Shown piece after piece: positions 9,040 through 18,755 of a stretch of 64,000 bases of DNA. The stretch's first letter is position 1. Each line of letters begins with the position of its first letter. The notes under the pieces are model-generated. The model made no database searches, had not been told where the DNA came from, and saw nothing but the letters and a program-made list of their open reading frames with translations. This DNA is from an uncultured Planctomycetales bacterium. GTDB taxonomy: Bacteria > Omnitrophota > Gorgyraeia > Zapsychrales > Fredricksoniimonadaceae. The stretch lies in the NCBI GenBank assembly GCA_964487685.1, contig CAZASA010000001.1:2855-66854 (forward strand). Reading direction: 5' to 3'. Both the position numbers and the translations under genes were made by a program.

Positions 9040-9981
9040 ATGGTCCAAGCCTCAAAAATCTGGTTAACAGGGTCACGGGGTTTCATCGGCAGGCCATTGG
9101 CCAAGGCATTGAGAGAGGCGGGTGTTGACCTGATCTGTTTTACTCCCAAGCCCAAAGGTGCCAGCGGTCATTCAACCCCAGCATCACCGGTGGAATTGGA
9201 TTTTTTGAGCCCGGAGGATATTAAGGATAAAGCGGCGCATTTAGGGCTGCCGGATATTTTTATCCACCTGGGCTGGGGCGACGTATCACGTCCGGAGCTT
9301 GATGTCCATTTGACGGAAGGTGTTGCGAGCGGGAAAAACTTAATTGAGACCTTATTTAAGCTGGGGGTGAAAAAATTCTTATTGACCGGATCGATCAGCC
9401 AGTATGGCGGCCGCGTCGGGATTCTTTCTGAGGGTATGGAACCTGGCCCTAGATTAACGAATTATGCCAAAGCAAAGAGTGAAGTTGAGCGATTCGGTTT
9501 ACAAGCCGCCAAAATTTATGGGGAAACATTCATTTGTGTGCGGATCCCCTGGGCTTTTGGGGCAGGCCAGCGGCAAGGGTCCCTGATCAATGATCTATTT
9601 GCGTCCTATATTAAAGGGACAGACGTCAGCTTGACCCCTTGTGAGCATTATAGAGACTTCATCCATATGATCGACGTTGTCGAAGGCTTAAAACGGATCT
9701 CTTATGTTGATGAATCTGGCATTATCAATTTGGGCAGCGGCAAGGTCGTTTTGATGAAAGATTATGTCAGCATGTTTTGGAAAAATCTGGGCGGCGGTAT
9801 GGACAGGTTGAAGTTCGGTGCCAGGCCTTTGCCTGCCAATGAGCCTGAACAGCCTAAAAGTTATTTTGATATTGCGCGTTTGATCAGGTTGACCCAATGG
9901 CAGCCGGCGCTCACTTTGGAAGAAGGCATTATAAAAACCATCGAGGATTTGAGATCACAAACGGAAAATATACATGCCTGA
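9040..9981 (+). CDS. NAD-dependent epimerase/dehydratase (SDR)
   Basis: IWLTGSRGFIGR Rossmann motif. YAKAK matches YxxxK. Confidence 0.75.
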   Translation: MVQASKIWLTGSRGFIGRPLAKALREAGVDLICFTPKPKGASGHSTPASPVELDFLSPEDIKDKAAHLGLPDIFIHLGWGDVSRPELDVHLTEGVASGKNLIETLFKLGVKKFLLTGSISQYGGRVGILSEGMEPGPRLTNYAKAKSEVERFGLQAAKIYGETFICVRIPWAFGAGQRQGSLINDLFASYIKGTDVSLTPCEHYRDFIHMIDVVEGLKRISYVDESGIINLGSGKVVLMKDYVSMFWKNLGGGMDRLKFGARPLPANEPEQPKSYFDIARLIRLTQWQPALTLEEGIIKTIEDLRSQTENIHA

Positions 9982-10930
9982 TGCGCCAGACCTGATCAGT
10001 GTCATTGTCACCAATTACAATCACGCGGCGTTTTTGGACCAGCGCATGCAAAGCCTTTTGGAGCAGACGTATCCTAACCTTGAGATCATTGTCATAGATA
10101 ATTGTTCTACGGATAATAGCAGGGAAGTCCTTGCCAAGTACAGGACTAAGGCCAATATCAAGATCGTGGAAATGCAGGAGAATATCGGGAATATCAATAC
10201 CTCGAATATGGGCGTGACAATGTCCAGGGGCGAATTCTTTATTTTTGCCGAAGCAGATGATTACAGCGCCCCTCAAGAGATCGAACTATTGCACCAGGCG
10301 ATGGCAGGCCATGAAGAGACCGGGGCCGCTTTTTGCCGCAGTTACATGGTTGACGGCCAAGGGAAAATATTTGATGAGGATTTTAATTACAGGGACAGGG
10401 CATTCAAGGAATTTTGTTCAAAAGATACCTTGATCCAAGGGGCCCAAGCCCAACGTTTCTTTTTGTTCTCGTGCATCATCCCTAATTTCAGCGCTGTACT
10501 CTTCAGGCGTAAATATTATGACTTGGTCCAAGGGATGTCGCATCGTTTTAAGACCTGCGCGGATTGGGATTTTTGGTTTAGGATGACAGAACATTGTGAC
10601 CTTTATTATCTGACGACACCGTTGAATTATTTCAGGAGGCATGCTAAAACTACTGGGAATCTTTACGGCATAGAATTGACATTAAAGGAGATCATGACCC
10701 TGTTGTACACACAGGCCCGTCAAACGCCATTGAACTTTTGGGAACAGTTACGCTTTAAAGTCAATTTGGGCGTTATTTGGGGACGTTACAGGAAACCGGC
10801 ACCCGCTATTTGGTGGAAGTGTTTCCCGGCAGTTTGGAGGGAGACCTTAAAATACGATAAATTGAGCGTATTATATTTAACCATTGCCTTCATTAAGAGA
10901 AGCGCTCAACGAAGGTTCAATAAGGCCTAA
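9974..10930 (+). CDS. Glycosyltransferase family 2
   Basis: Motifs ISVIVTNYNHAAFL, IDNCSTDNS and AEADD (DxD-type). Confidence 0.8.
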   Translation: MPDAPDLISVIVTNYNHAAFLDQRMQSLLEQTYPNLEIIVIDNCSTDNSREVLAKYRTKANIKIVEMQENIGNINTSNMGVTMSRGEFFIFAEADDYSAPQEIELLHQAMAGHEETGAAFCRSYMVDGQGKIFDEDFNYRDRAFKEFCSKDTLIQGAQAQRFFLFSCIIPNFSAVLFRRKYYDLVQGMSHRFKTCADWDFWFRMTEHCDLYYLTTPLNYFRRHAKTTGNLYGIELTLKEIMTLLYTQARQTPLNFWEQLRFKVNLGVIWGRYRKPAPAIWWKCFPAVWRETLKYDKLSVLYLTIAFIKRSAQRRFNKA

Positions 10931-10945
10931 AAAGGAGTATAGGTA

Positions 10946-11728
10946 ATGAAATTGTCAGATCCAATAATGAAGTTAGTCAGAAAGTATTTAGGGGTTGAAC
11001 AACGCCGCGCTTTAAGGATCATCCTCGCCAATATATTCCCCTGGGACCTTAACAAGCTTGCTTTGATCTACGGCTCGGACAAGTGGGGTGGCCATTATTA
11101 TACTTCTCATTACCATGAACATTTCCATAAATTAAGGAATAAAAAATTAAAGATCCTGGAGATCGGAGTTGGCGGCTATAAAGACCCGCATTATGGCGGG
11201 GCATCGCTCAGGATGTGGAAGAGGTATTTCCCCCAAAGCTTGATCTATTCCATTGATATCTATGATAAAAGCCCCTTGCAGGAAAAACGGATAAAGATTT
11301 ATCAAGGCAGTCAGGACGACGAGGTTTTCTTAAGGAAAGTGGCTGATGAGGCTGGTCCTTTTGATATTATTATTGACGATGGCAGCCACATTGTCAGCCA
11401 TATACTTAAGTCGTTTAGGACCCTGTTCCCATTGATGAACGATGGCGGGATATACGCCATCGAAGATACTCAGGAATTTTATTGGCCAAGTCTGGGAGGC
11501 AACAGTGAAAATCTGGATGACCCAATGTCTTCAATGGCTTTCTTCAAGAAATTGACCGATGGGTTGAATTATCAAGAATATGTATTGCCGGATTATGTTC
11601 CTACTTATTATGATAAAAATATCGTATCCATGCATTTCTATCACAATCTTTTAATTATGCATAAAGGCCACAATAATGAGCCGTTATTCCCAACTGACCA
11701 TCCAAGACTTGTTGCCCAACGCCAATAG
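10946..11728 (+). CDS. Class I SAM-dependent methyltransferase, TylE/MycE-like sugar O-methyltransferase type
   Basis: Motifs KILEIGVGG, GGASLRMWKRYFP, IIIDDGSH and GGIYAIED. Confidence 0.55.
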   Translation: MKLSDPIMKLVRKYLGVEQRRALRIILANIFPWDLNKLALIYGSDKWGGHYYTSHYHEHFHKLRNKKLKILEIGVGGYKDPHYGGASLRMWKRYFPQSLIYSIDIYDKSPLQEKRIKIYQGSQDDEVFLRKVADEAGPFDIIIDDGSHIVSHILKSFRTLFPLMNDGGIYAIEDTQEFYWPSLGGNSENLDDPMSSMAFFKKLTDGLNYQEYVLPDYVPTYYDKNIVSMHFYHNLLIMHKGHNNEPLFPTDHPRLVAQRQ

Positions 11729-11737
11729 GAGCTTTAT

Positions 11738-12577
11738 ATGTCAATGATCGAAGTTTTGCTGGATAAATTGGTCCTAAATTCTTGGCCATTACGGCGGGTT
11801 TTAGGCAAGAAACTTATTAAGAAATTCCAGATAGGCAGCTATGAATGGCGGTTAAGGATGGGCACCATCGATCGTCCCTATTATGGTTATTGTGTTTATA
11901 ATGCGGCCTTTTTAGCAAAAAAGTTAAAGCTTAAAAAAATAAGTGTCATCGAATTCGGCGTATTTAAGGGTAAGGGACTGCTTAATCTTGAATATCACGC
12001 CAATGAAATTACGAAATTACTGGGAGTGGAAATTGATATTTATGGTTTTGACACCGGAGAAGGCTTGCCGGATCCCCTGGATTATAGGGACCTTCCTTAT
12101 CATTGGGAAAAAGGTTTTTTTAAAATGGATGTGCCCTTACTCAAAAGCCAGTTAAAGAAATCCAAGCTTATCCTGGGGAACGTCAAGGACACTTCAAAAG
12201 AATTCTTTAAAAAATATGATCCTGCTCCCATAGGAGCTGTCCTCTATGATTTTGATTTTTATTCATCGACGGTGGAAGCGTTAAAAATGCTTGAAGCCGG
12301 GGATAAATATTATTTACCCCGGGTTTTTTGTTATTTTGACGATACCATGGGTAATGAACTGGAACTTTATAACGATTGCACTGGACAAAGATTGGCGATC
12401 AACGAGTTCAACCAAGCCCATCAAGATATCAAGTTAGGCATTCCGTATTATCTTTATGGGAAGAAATTCATCGAGAACTGGTATTATCAGATATGGATAG
12501 GCCATTTTTTCAAGCATAGCAGGTATAATGATTTTGTAAGCGGGCAGCAGGTCGATGCCCAAGAAAAACAGGGGTGA
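11738..12577 (+). CDS. TylF-like (macrocin O-methyltransferase fold) protein
   Basis: VIEFGVFKGKG (SAM loop-like). LYDFDFYSSTVEALKML resembles the D-x-D-x-Y-x-S-T block of the TylF family. Confidence 0.45.
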   Translation: MSMIEVLLDKLVLNSWPLRRVLGKKLIKKFQIGSYEWRLRMGTIDRPYYGYCVYNAAFLAKKLKLKKISVIEFGVFKGKGLLNLEYHANEITKLLGVEIDIYGFDTGEGLPDPLDYRDLPYHWEKGFFKMDVPLLKSQLKKSKLILGNVKDTSKEFFKKYDPAPIGAVLYDFDFYSSTVEALKMLEAGDKYYLPRVFCYFDDTMGNELELYNDCTGQRLAINEFNQAHQDIKLGIPYYLYGKKFIENWYYQIWIGHFFKHSRYNDFVSGQQVDAQEKQG

Positions 12578-12580
12578 TTG

Positions 12581-13465
12581 ATGAAAATACTTTTAACAGG
12601 GGCTGCCGGGATGCTGGCGGCGGATGTGGTGCCGCAATTAAAGAAAAATGGATTTGAGGTATTGGGTTTCGATATCAATCAGCGGCTGCCGGATATCGAA
12701 AAGCTCGATATTACTGATAAAGAAGCAGTGTTCAACATGGTCCAACGTGTAAAGCCGGATTATATTTTCCATCTGGCCGCGGAAACGGATGTTGATCGTT
12801 CTGAAAAAGACCCTGACCATGCCTTTAAGGTCAACACGATCGGCACAGAGAATATCGCCCTGGTTTGCCAGCAACTGCGCGTTAAACTTCTTTATATCAG
12901 TACCGCCGGTGTTTTTTTCGGGGACAAGCAAGAGCCGTATACTGAGTTCGATATACCAAACCCGGCCAATGTTTACGGTGTCAGCAAACTGCAAGGGGAG
13001 ATCATTGTCCGAAACCTGCTAAGCGAGTATTTTATTGTGCGGGCCGGCTGGATGGTGGGCGGATGGGAGATCGATAAGAAATTTGTTTATAAGATCGTGC
13101 AGCAAATAAAAGAGGGGAAGACAGAGCTTAAAGTGGTCGCAGATAAATTCGGGAGTCCTACCTTTACAAAAGATTTTGCCAAAAACCTCGTCGAATTGGT
13201 CAAGACCGGGCGTTTTGGAATTTACCATATGACCAATAAGGGATCAGGGTCCCGTTATGATATAGCTGTCAAGATCGTGGAATTCATGGGCCTTAAAGAT
13301 AAAGTCACTGTGACGGCCATTAATTCAGCTCAATTTCCTCTGCCAGCACCCAGGGCACGCTCTGAAATGATGCGCAATTATAAATTGGACCTGATTGGAT
13401 TAAACCTAATGCCTCATTGGGAGAGGTCTTTGGAGGAATATATACGATTGAACAAGGACAGATGA
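12581..13465 (+). CDS. RmlD-family NDP-4-keto-6-deoxyhexose reductase (SDR)
   Basis: MKILLTGAAGMLA, LDITDKEAV, NVYGVSKLQGE. The TTG at 12578 or the ATG at 12581 are both possible starts. Confidence 0.7.
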   Translation: MKILLTGAAGMLAADVVPQLKKNGFEVLGFDINQRLPDIEKLDITDKEAVFNMVQRVKPDYIFHLAAETDVDRSEKDPDHAFKVNTIGTENIALVCQQLRVKLLYISTAGVFFGDKQEPYTEFDIPNPANVYGVSKLQGEIIVRNLLSEYFIVRAGWMVGGWEIDKKFVYKIVQQIKEGKTELKVVADKFGSPTFTKDFAKNLVELVKTGRFGIYHMTNKGSGSRYDIAVKIVEFMGLKDKVTVTAINSAQFPLPAPRARSEMMRNYKLDLIGLNLMPHWERSLEEYIRLNKDR

Positions 13466-14370
13466 GCAAAGTCAGCGTCATCGTTCCGGCTTTCAATAAA
13501 GCGGAATATACCCGTCGGACCATCGAAAGTGTTTTGGCACAGACATATCCTGATATTGAGATCATCGTGGTTGATGACGGTTCAACGGATGGGACAGCTG
13601 CTCTTCTGGCTGGATATGGCAGGCGCATCAATTATATCTTAAAGGCCAATGGAGGTGCTTGTTCTGCCCGTAATGAAGGGATCCGAAGAGCCAGGGGTGA
13701 ATATGTGGCATTTCTTGATTGTGATGACCTTTATTGCACCGACAAGGTCCAACGCTGCGTCGATCATTTGGAAAGGAACCCGGGGTTCGGCTTCGTTTAT
13801 ACGGCAGTCTATTTCATTGATGAGGCTGATAAGACCGTCGGCCTTTATGATCATCCAAAGAGCCGTGAAGGCTGGATCGCTTCCCATCTGATCTTGGGGA
13901 ATTTTATTTGTAATTCAACGGTGCTCGTGAAAAGATCTGTTTTGCAAAAGGCAGGCTTTTTCGATGAAAAGATATTTACACCCGCTGATTGGGATATGTG
14001 GTTACGCTTGTCCGAGGTAGCACAAGCCGGATATTTACGTGAACCATTAACAAAATATCGCGTGACCGATAACTATACTTTTAACCGGTTAGACTTGGCC
14101 CGACCGGAAGAAGCCTATGTTTTGGAGAAATTCTTTGATGGCCATCCGTCACAGGGGTATTTAAAACAGCGGGCTTTTTCAAATTATCATTTACGTTTTT
14201 CTTACTGCGCGTATATAAAGAACGATCTTTCGGGGTTCTGGTCTGAATGCAGGATGTCGTTGAAATTGCTTCCTTGGAATATGAAAACGTTGGCTGTATC
14301 GCTACTTGCTGTTATCATGCCTCAATGGCTTAAAAGAATACTGGAAAAGAAAATCTTAAGGAAAGGATAA
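13462..14370 (+). CDS. Glycosyltransferase family 2
   Basis: The ATG at 13462 (ATGA overlap) gives MSKVSVIVPAFNKAEY. Also VDDGSTDGT and LDCDD. Confidence 0.8.
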   Translation: MSKVSVIVPAFNKAEYTRRTIESVLAQTYPDIEIIVVDDGSTDGTAALLAGYGRRINYILKANGGACSARNEGIRRARGEYVAFLDCDDLYCTDKVQRCVDHLERNPGFGFVYTAVYFIDEADKTVGLYDHPKSREGWIASHLILGNFICNSTVLVKRSVLQKAGFFDEKIFTPADWDMWLRLSEVAQAGYLREPLTKYRVTDNYTFNRLDLARPEEAYVLEKFFDGHPSQGYLKQRAFSNYHLRFSYCAYIKNDLSGFWSECRMSLKLLPWNMKTLAVSLLAVIMPQWLKRILEKKILRKG

Positions 14371-14372
14371 TT

Positions 14373-14822
14373 ATGATCCATGACGTTCAAGTCAAACCGT
14401 TAAAGATCATCCCTGATGACCGCGGTAAATTGATGGAGATGCTTCGCTGTGATGATCCCATGTTCGAGGTTTTTGGCCAGGTTTATTTTACAACAGCGCA
14501 TCCGGGTGTGATCAAAGCATGGCATCATCATATGAAGCAGTCGGACAATTTTGTCTGTGTCGCCGGCAGGGCCAAGGTCGCCTTATACGATGCCCGGCCG
14601 GATTCACCCACTTTTAAAGAGACTAATGAATTTTATATCAGCCTTGAAGAACCCAAATTGATTCATATCCCTATAGGCGTATATCATGGCTTTAAATGTG
14701 TCAGCAAGACGGAATGCATGATCATTAATGTGATTACCAGGGCGTATAACCATAAGGACCCGGATGAATATCGGGTGGATGCATTTGACCCTCAGGTTGG
14801 GTATGATTGGAACAAGGACTAA
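14373..14822 (+). CDS. Small RmlC-like cupin (sugar epimerase/isomerase type)
   Basis: 149 aa. IIPDDRGKLMEMLR and AWHHH cupin-type motifs. Confidence 0.6.
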   Translation: MIHDVQVKPLKIIPDDRGKLMEMLRCDDPMFEVFGQVYFTTAHPGVIKAWHHHMKQSDNFVCVAGRAKVALYDARPDSPTFKETNEFYISLEEPKLIHIPIGVYHGFKCVSKTECMIINVITRAYNHKDPDEYRVDAFDPQVGYDWNKD

Positions 14823-14837
14823 AAGGAAAGGTCGACT

Positions 14838-15569
14838 ATGAAAGGTGTTATTTTAGCGGGCGGTTTAGGCAAAAGGCTGGAGCCGTTAACGCGTATCACT
14901 AACAAGCATCTTTTGCCTGTTTATAATAAACCGATGATCTTTTATCCTTTACAGTCTTTGGTAGATGCGGGAATCAAAGAAGTCCTTATCGTCACAGGAG
15001 GCAACAGTGCCGGAGATTTTCTGCGCCTTTTGGGCAATGGTGAAGAGTTCGGCCTAAAGGACCTGCGCTATGCCTATCAAAAAGGAGAACGGGGCATTGC
15101 GGATGCCTTGCGTTTAGCGGAGAATTTTGTTGATGGAGGTAAATTTGTTGTCATGTTAGGGGACAATGTGACGGATGCATCCCTGAAGACGATGGTAGAA
15201 AAATTCAGGCGGCAACCATCAGGGGGAAGGGTTTTGATCAAAAAAGTCCCTGATCCCCAACGTTTTGGTGTGGCCGAGTTGAGTAACGGGAAGATCATTT
15301 CAATTGAAGAAAAACCCAAGCGTCCTAAGTCAGACCATATTGTCACCGGCATCTATATGTATGATGCCAAGGTTTTTGAGTTTATCAGGGGGCTTAAATT
15401 ATCCCAACGGGGGTAGCTCGAGATCACGGATGTTAATAATATGTATTTGAAGGAAGGCCAGTTATACTATGACATCCTCAAAGGGCAATGGACAGATTGC
15501 GGGACTTTCAGGTCATTGTTCCGTGCTAACCAGATCGTAGCCAAGCAATTTCCTTCAACGGCAGAATGA
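14838..15569 (+). pseudogene. RmlA-like sugar-1-phosphate nucleotidyltransferase interrupted by an in-frame TAG at 15414-15416
   Basis: N-terminal part reads ILAGGLGKRLEPLT..NKHLLPV...SQRG*. The same frame continues LEITDVNNMYLKEGQL...WTDCGTF to a TGA at 15567-15569. The paralog at 18018 reads SPRGEYEITDV at the same place. Confidence 0.8.
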
Positions 15570-15575
15570 GGTAAA

Positions 15576-16991
15576 ATGCGTAGTAACAATTGGGATATTT
15601 GGTTAAGCCGTTTCGGCCTGGGGCTGATTATTTGCTATTGCGTCATAGCCTCAGTTTTCTATTCTTATTTTGCCCAACTCCATCTTACATTGAAATTTGT
15701 TTCGGTCCCTATCTTTGTCAGCGAGATCATTTTATTTGTATGTCTCTTGATATTCATAAGCGTAGTTATAAAAGACCGATTCTTTTCCCGACGAACGATC
15801 TTTTTACTGTGTTTCTATTTTGCTTGGCTTTCGGTCAAGATATTGATCGATTATCATAACGATGGCAATTTGACTTTTCGTAATGCGGCACTCTTTTATT
15901 ATCCAATTTTCGCGGTCTTTACGTATTGTTTTTATCAAAAAGCCAGGATCCATTTCAAGGATTTAATGCCGCTGGCTTATCTCTCCGCTACTATCCTCTT
16001 CTTGAAGATCATGGTGGTTTGGTACTGGTGGACATACGCAACATTATTTGTCATTGCTGTGTTGAATACGAGTTCTGTTAAATTGCGCTGGCTCGGGTGT
16101 GGTTTTTTGGCGGGCATCTTATTATTAGGAAAAGAATATCTTTATGAAGGTCCACGGGCCCATTTTGTAAGCGTGTTTGGGGCGGTTCTTTTTATGGTAA
16201 TTTATTTTGTGTTTTTATTGGTTAAACGCCGGGAAATTATTCGAATGCGCATTTTACTTATAGGTTTTGTTTTTTTTATATTAGGGTGTTTATTTTTTGC
16301 GGAACACAATACAGTTTCTTCAGTATCATCCATAAGAACAATGATCAAAACCTTTAATTTCTTCGACGAGCGGTACCAGGCAAAACAAAAGGCTTTTGTG
16401 CCTGTAAAACTGGAGACGCATCTTTATAATCACAAAAGGTTCAAGGATATATTTGTGGCTAATAAAGAACTTAATGGAAATGGAATTTTACATAATATTG
16501 TCAATGATAAGGTCAAAGAAAGCCGGCCTCTGGATTTGGATGAAAACAATATTGTTTTTCGTTTATTTGTTTGGCGGGACATGGCCCGTGAACTTATTGA
16601 AAATAAAGCATGGTGGGGATTTAGTCTTGGGCATCCCCAACGTTCAAGAACATTGGAAGTATTGAATTGGGCATCAGGGGAATGGGGCAGGGATGGCTGG
16701 ATCGCTCCGCACAATTCTTTTTTTCATATCATTTATCGCTCGGGGATCTTGGGTGTTTTATTGATAGGGGTCTTTTTATATATGTTGATCAAGTTGATCA
16801 TGGATTTTTATAGAATGTGTTCTATCGAAGGGGGCTTATTAGTCGGGGCCTTGCTGTATTGGTTGGAGTTGTCGAATTTTTTCGTGATCCTGGAATTTCC
16901 GTATAACGCGATTCTTTTTTGGTCGTTGTTTGGCATAACAATGGCTTTTCGTGATGGGCTTAAAATGGAGAACTTAAGAAAGAAAGTTTGA
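15576..16991 (+). CDS. O-antigen ligase/polymerase (Wzy_C-type) polytopic membrane protein
   Basis: Many hydrophobic segments. Contains WIAPHNSFFHIIYRSGILGVLL, typical of the O-antigen ligase domain. Confidence 0.7.
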   Translation: MRSNNWDIWLSRFGLGLIICYCVIASVFYSYFAQLHLTLKFVSVPIFVSEIILFVCLLIFISVVIKDRFFSRRTIFLLCFYFAWLSVKILIDYHNDGNLTFRNAALFYYPIFAVFTYCFYQKARIHFKDLMPLAYLSATILFLKIMVVWYWWTYATLFVIAVLNTSSVKLRWLGCGFLAGILLLGKEYLYEGPRAHFVSVFGAVLFMVIYFVFLLVKRREIIRMRILLIGFVFFILGCLFFAEHNTVSSVSSIRTMIKTFNFFDERYQAKQKAFVPVKLETHLYNHKRFKDIFVANKELNGNGILHNIVNDKVKESRPLDLDENNIVFRLFVWRDMARELIENKAWWGFSLGHPQRSRTLEVLNWASGEWGRDGWIAPHNSFFHIIYRSGILGVLLIGVFLYMLIKLIMDFYRMCSIEGGLLVGALLYWLELSNFFVILEFPYNAILFWSLFGITMAFRDGLKMENLRKKV

Positions 16992-16994
16992 TCT

Positions 16995-18014
16995 ATGACC
17001 AAAGACACCTTGTATCTTGTCACCGGAGCCGCCGGTTTTATTGGGAGTAATTTTGTCAGGCATCTTTACAGCACGGGTGAAAATATTCGCGTGCGCGTCC
17101 TTGATAAATTGACCTATTCAGGGAATTTGGAGAATTTAAAGGATTTTGAAGGCCGTGCTGATTTTGAATTTATCAAAGGCGATATTTGTGATGCCAAGAT
17201 AGTGCAGTCGGCCATGCAGGGGGTGGAAGTGGTCGTCAATTTTGCTGCTGAATCTGCGGTAGACCGTTCGATCGATGACCCGCAGTCTTTTATCAAGACG
17301 GACATTTTTGGCGTTTATACGCTTTTGGAAGAGGCGCGTAAGCAATCCGGCTTGAAACGTTTTATCCAAATATCCACAGATGAGGTCTACGGGCATATTT
17401 TGGAAGGAAGCTTCAAAGAAACCTCCGAATTAAAACCCCGTAACCCTTATTCAGCTTCAAAATTGGGCGGAGAGCGTTTGGCCTATAGTTTTTTCGAAAC
17501 ATATCAACTGCCAGTCGTGATCACTAGAGCTTCAAACAATTACGGCCCCTATGCTTATCCGGAAAAGGTCATTCCTTTGTTTATCACCAATCTTGTCGAT
17601 GGGGCACAGGTCCCGCTTTTTGGCCAGGGCCGTCAGGTGCGTGATTGGTTATATGTTGATGACCATTGCCGTGCCATCAAGCTTTTGGCAGACCGCGGCG
17701 TTAACGGGGAAGTGTATAATGTGGGAGGCAGCCAGGAATGTGAAAATATTGAGCTCACCCGTAAACTCCTGAAGCTAATGGGCAAGGATGAACGTTCGAT
17801 CAAATTTGTCCAGGACCGTCCAGGGCATGATATGCGCTATAGTTTGGACTCTGCCAAATTACATCGATTAGGGTGGGCCCCTCAAATGGGCTTGGATGCC
17901 GGATTAAAAAGGACCGTGGATTGGTATCTTCAAAATGAAAATTGGTGGAGACCGCTTAAAGAAGGCCTTGACCCCCGTTACAGTAAAGGTTTTTGGGGCG
18001 CAACGAAAGGATAG
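16995..18014 (+). CDS. rfbB: dTDP-glucose 4,6-dehydratase
   Basis: Motifs VTGAAGFIGSNF, STDEVYG, YSASK and GHDMRY. 339 aa. Confidence 0.9.
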   Translation: MTKDTLYLVTGAAGFIGSNFVRHLYSTGENIRVRVLDKLTYSGNLENLKDFEGRADFEFIKGDICDAKIVQSAMQGVEVVVNFAAESAVDRSIDDPQSFIKTDIFGVYTLLEEARKQSGLKRFIQISTDEVYGHILEGSFKETSELKPRNPYSASKLGGERLAYSFFETYQLPVVITRASNNYGPYAYPEKVIPLFITNLVDGAQVPLFGQGRQVRDWLYVDDHCRAIKLLADRGVNGEVYNVGGSQECENIELTRKLLKLMGKDERSIKFVQDRPGHDMRYSLDSAKLHRLGWAPQMGLDAGLKRTVDWYLQNENWWRPLKEGLDPRYSKGFWGATKG

Positions 18015-18017
18015 AGG

Positions 18018-18755
18018 ATGCGTGGCGTATTGTTGGCAGGTGGGACAGGTTCAAGGCTTTTGCCGCTGACCAAGGTGACCAATAAACATCTTTTGCCTGT
18101 CTATAAAAAACCGATGATCTATTATCCCCTTGAGACCCTGATCAACGCCGGGATCAAGGAGATCCTTATTGTTACCGGAGGAGAGCATATCGGGGATTTT
18201 TTTCAGTTGTTAGGTTCAGGAAAAGAATGGGGAGCACATTTCAGTTATGAGATCCAGGAAGGCAACGGCGGCACCGGAGCGGCGTTGCTCTTGGCTGAGG
18301 ATTTTGTCCGGGATGAAGAATTCATGGTGATCCTGGGGGACAATGTGGTAAGCGAAGATGTTTCCTGTTTTGTGGAAGATTTCAAAAAGGAAAAAGAAAA
18401 ATTCAAGGCAAAGATCCTGATCGCTCAAGTGCCGGACCCGGAGCATTATGGGGTCGTGACCTTTAAGTCCAAGAAGATCGTTAGTATTGTCGAAAAACCC
18501 AAAAAACCTAAGTCCAATTACGTGAACACCGGTCTATGGATGTTTTTGCCTGATGTATTCGGACATTTAAAGCAGTTGAAAAAAAGCCCTCGGGGCGAAT
18601 ATGAGATCACGGATGTGCTTTCCTGGTATGTCTCGCAGGGCCTTTTGACATATTCTATCTTAAGGTCTGCCTGGACTGATGCAGGCTCCTTTGATTCTTT
18701 ATATAATGCAACGGTTTTAATGCGTCAGTTGGAATTAAAAAACACATTAAAATGA
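18018..18755 (+). CDS. Sugar-1-phosphate nucleotidyltransferase, short RmlA-like (intact paralog)
   Basis: Motifs LLAGGTGSRLLPLT..NKHLLPV and PRGEYEITDV. Confidence 0.8.
   Translation: MRGVLLAGGTGSRLLPLTKVTNKHLLPVYKKPMIYYPLETLINAGIKEILIVTGGEHIGDFFQLLGSGKEWGAHFSYEIQEGNGGTGAALLLAEDFVRDEEFMVILGDNVVSEDVSCFVEDFKKEKEKFKAKILIAQVPDPEHYGVVTFKSKKIVSIVEKPKKPKSNYVNTGLWMFLPDVFGHLKQLKKSPRGEYEITDVLSWYVSQGLLTYSILRSAWTDAGSFDSLYNATVLMRQLELKNTLK

Noticed and set aside
15414-15416. Possibility that TAG is reassigned or read through genome-wide (alternative genetic code), which would explain the interrupted nucleotidyltransferase.
   Set aside because: TAG ends several well-supported genes at their expected lengths: 3411-3413, 11726-11728, 35956-35958, 38165-38167 and 40633-40635. 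A global reassignment is therefore not supported, and a local nonsense mutation or sequencing error is more parsimonious.
15576-16991. Impression that the Wzy/ligase-like gene and the methyltransferase genes (10946-12577) are more AT-rich than the housekeeping genes. A single hand-counted 60-nt sample gave 21 G+C at 15661-15720 versus 31 G+C at 25021-25080. This hints at horizontal acquisition.
   Set aside because: Two 60-nt samples are not a statistic, and membrane-protein genes are AT-rich for codon-composition reasons. A sliding-window GC and codon-usage analysis would be needed before any claim.
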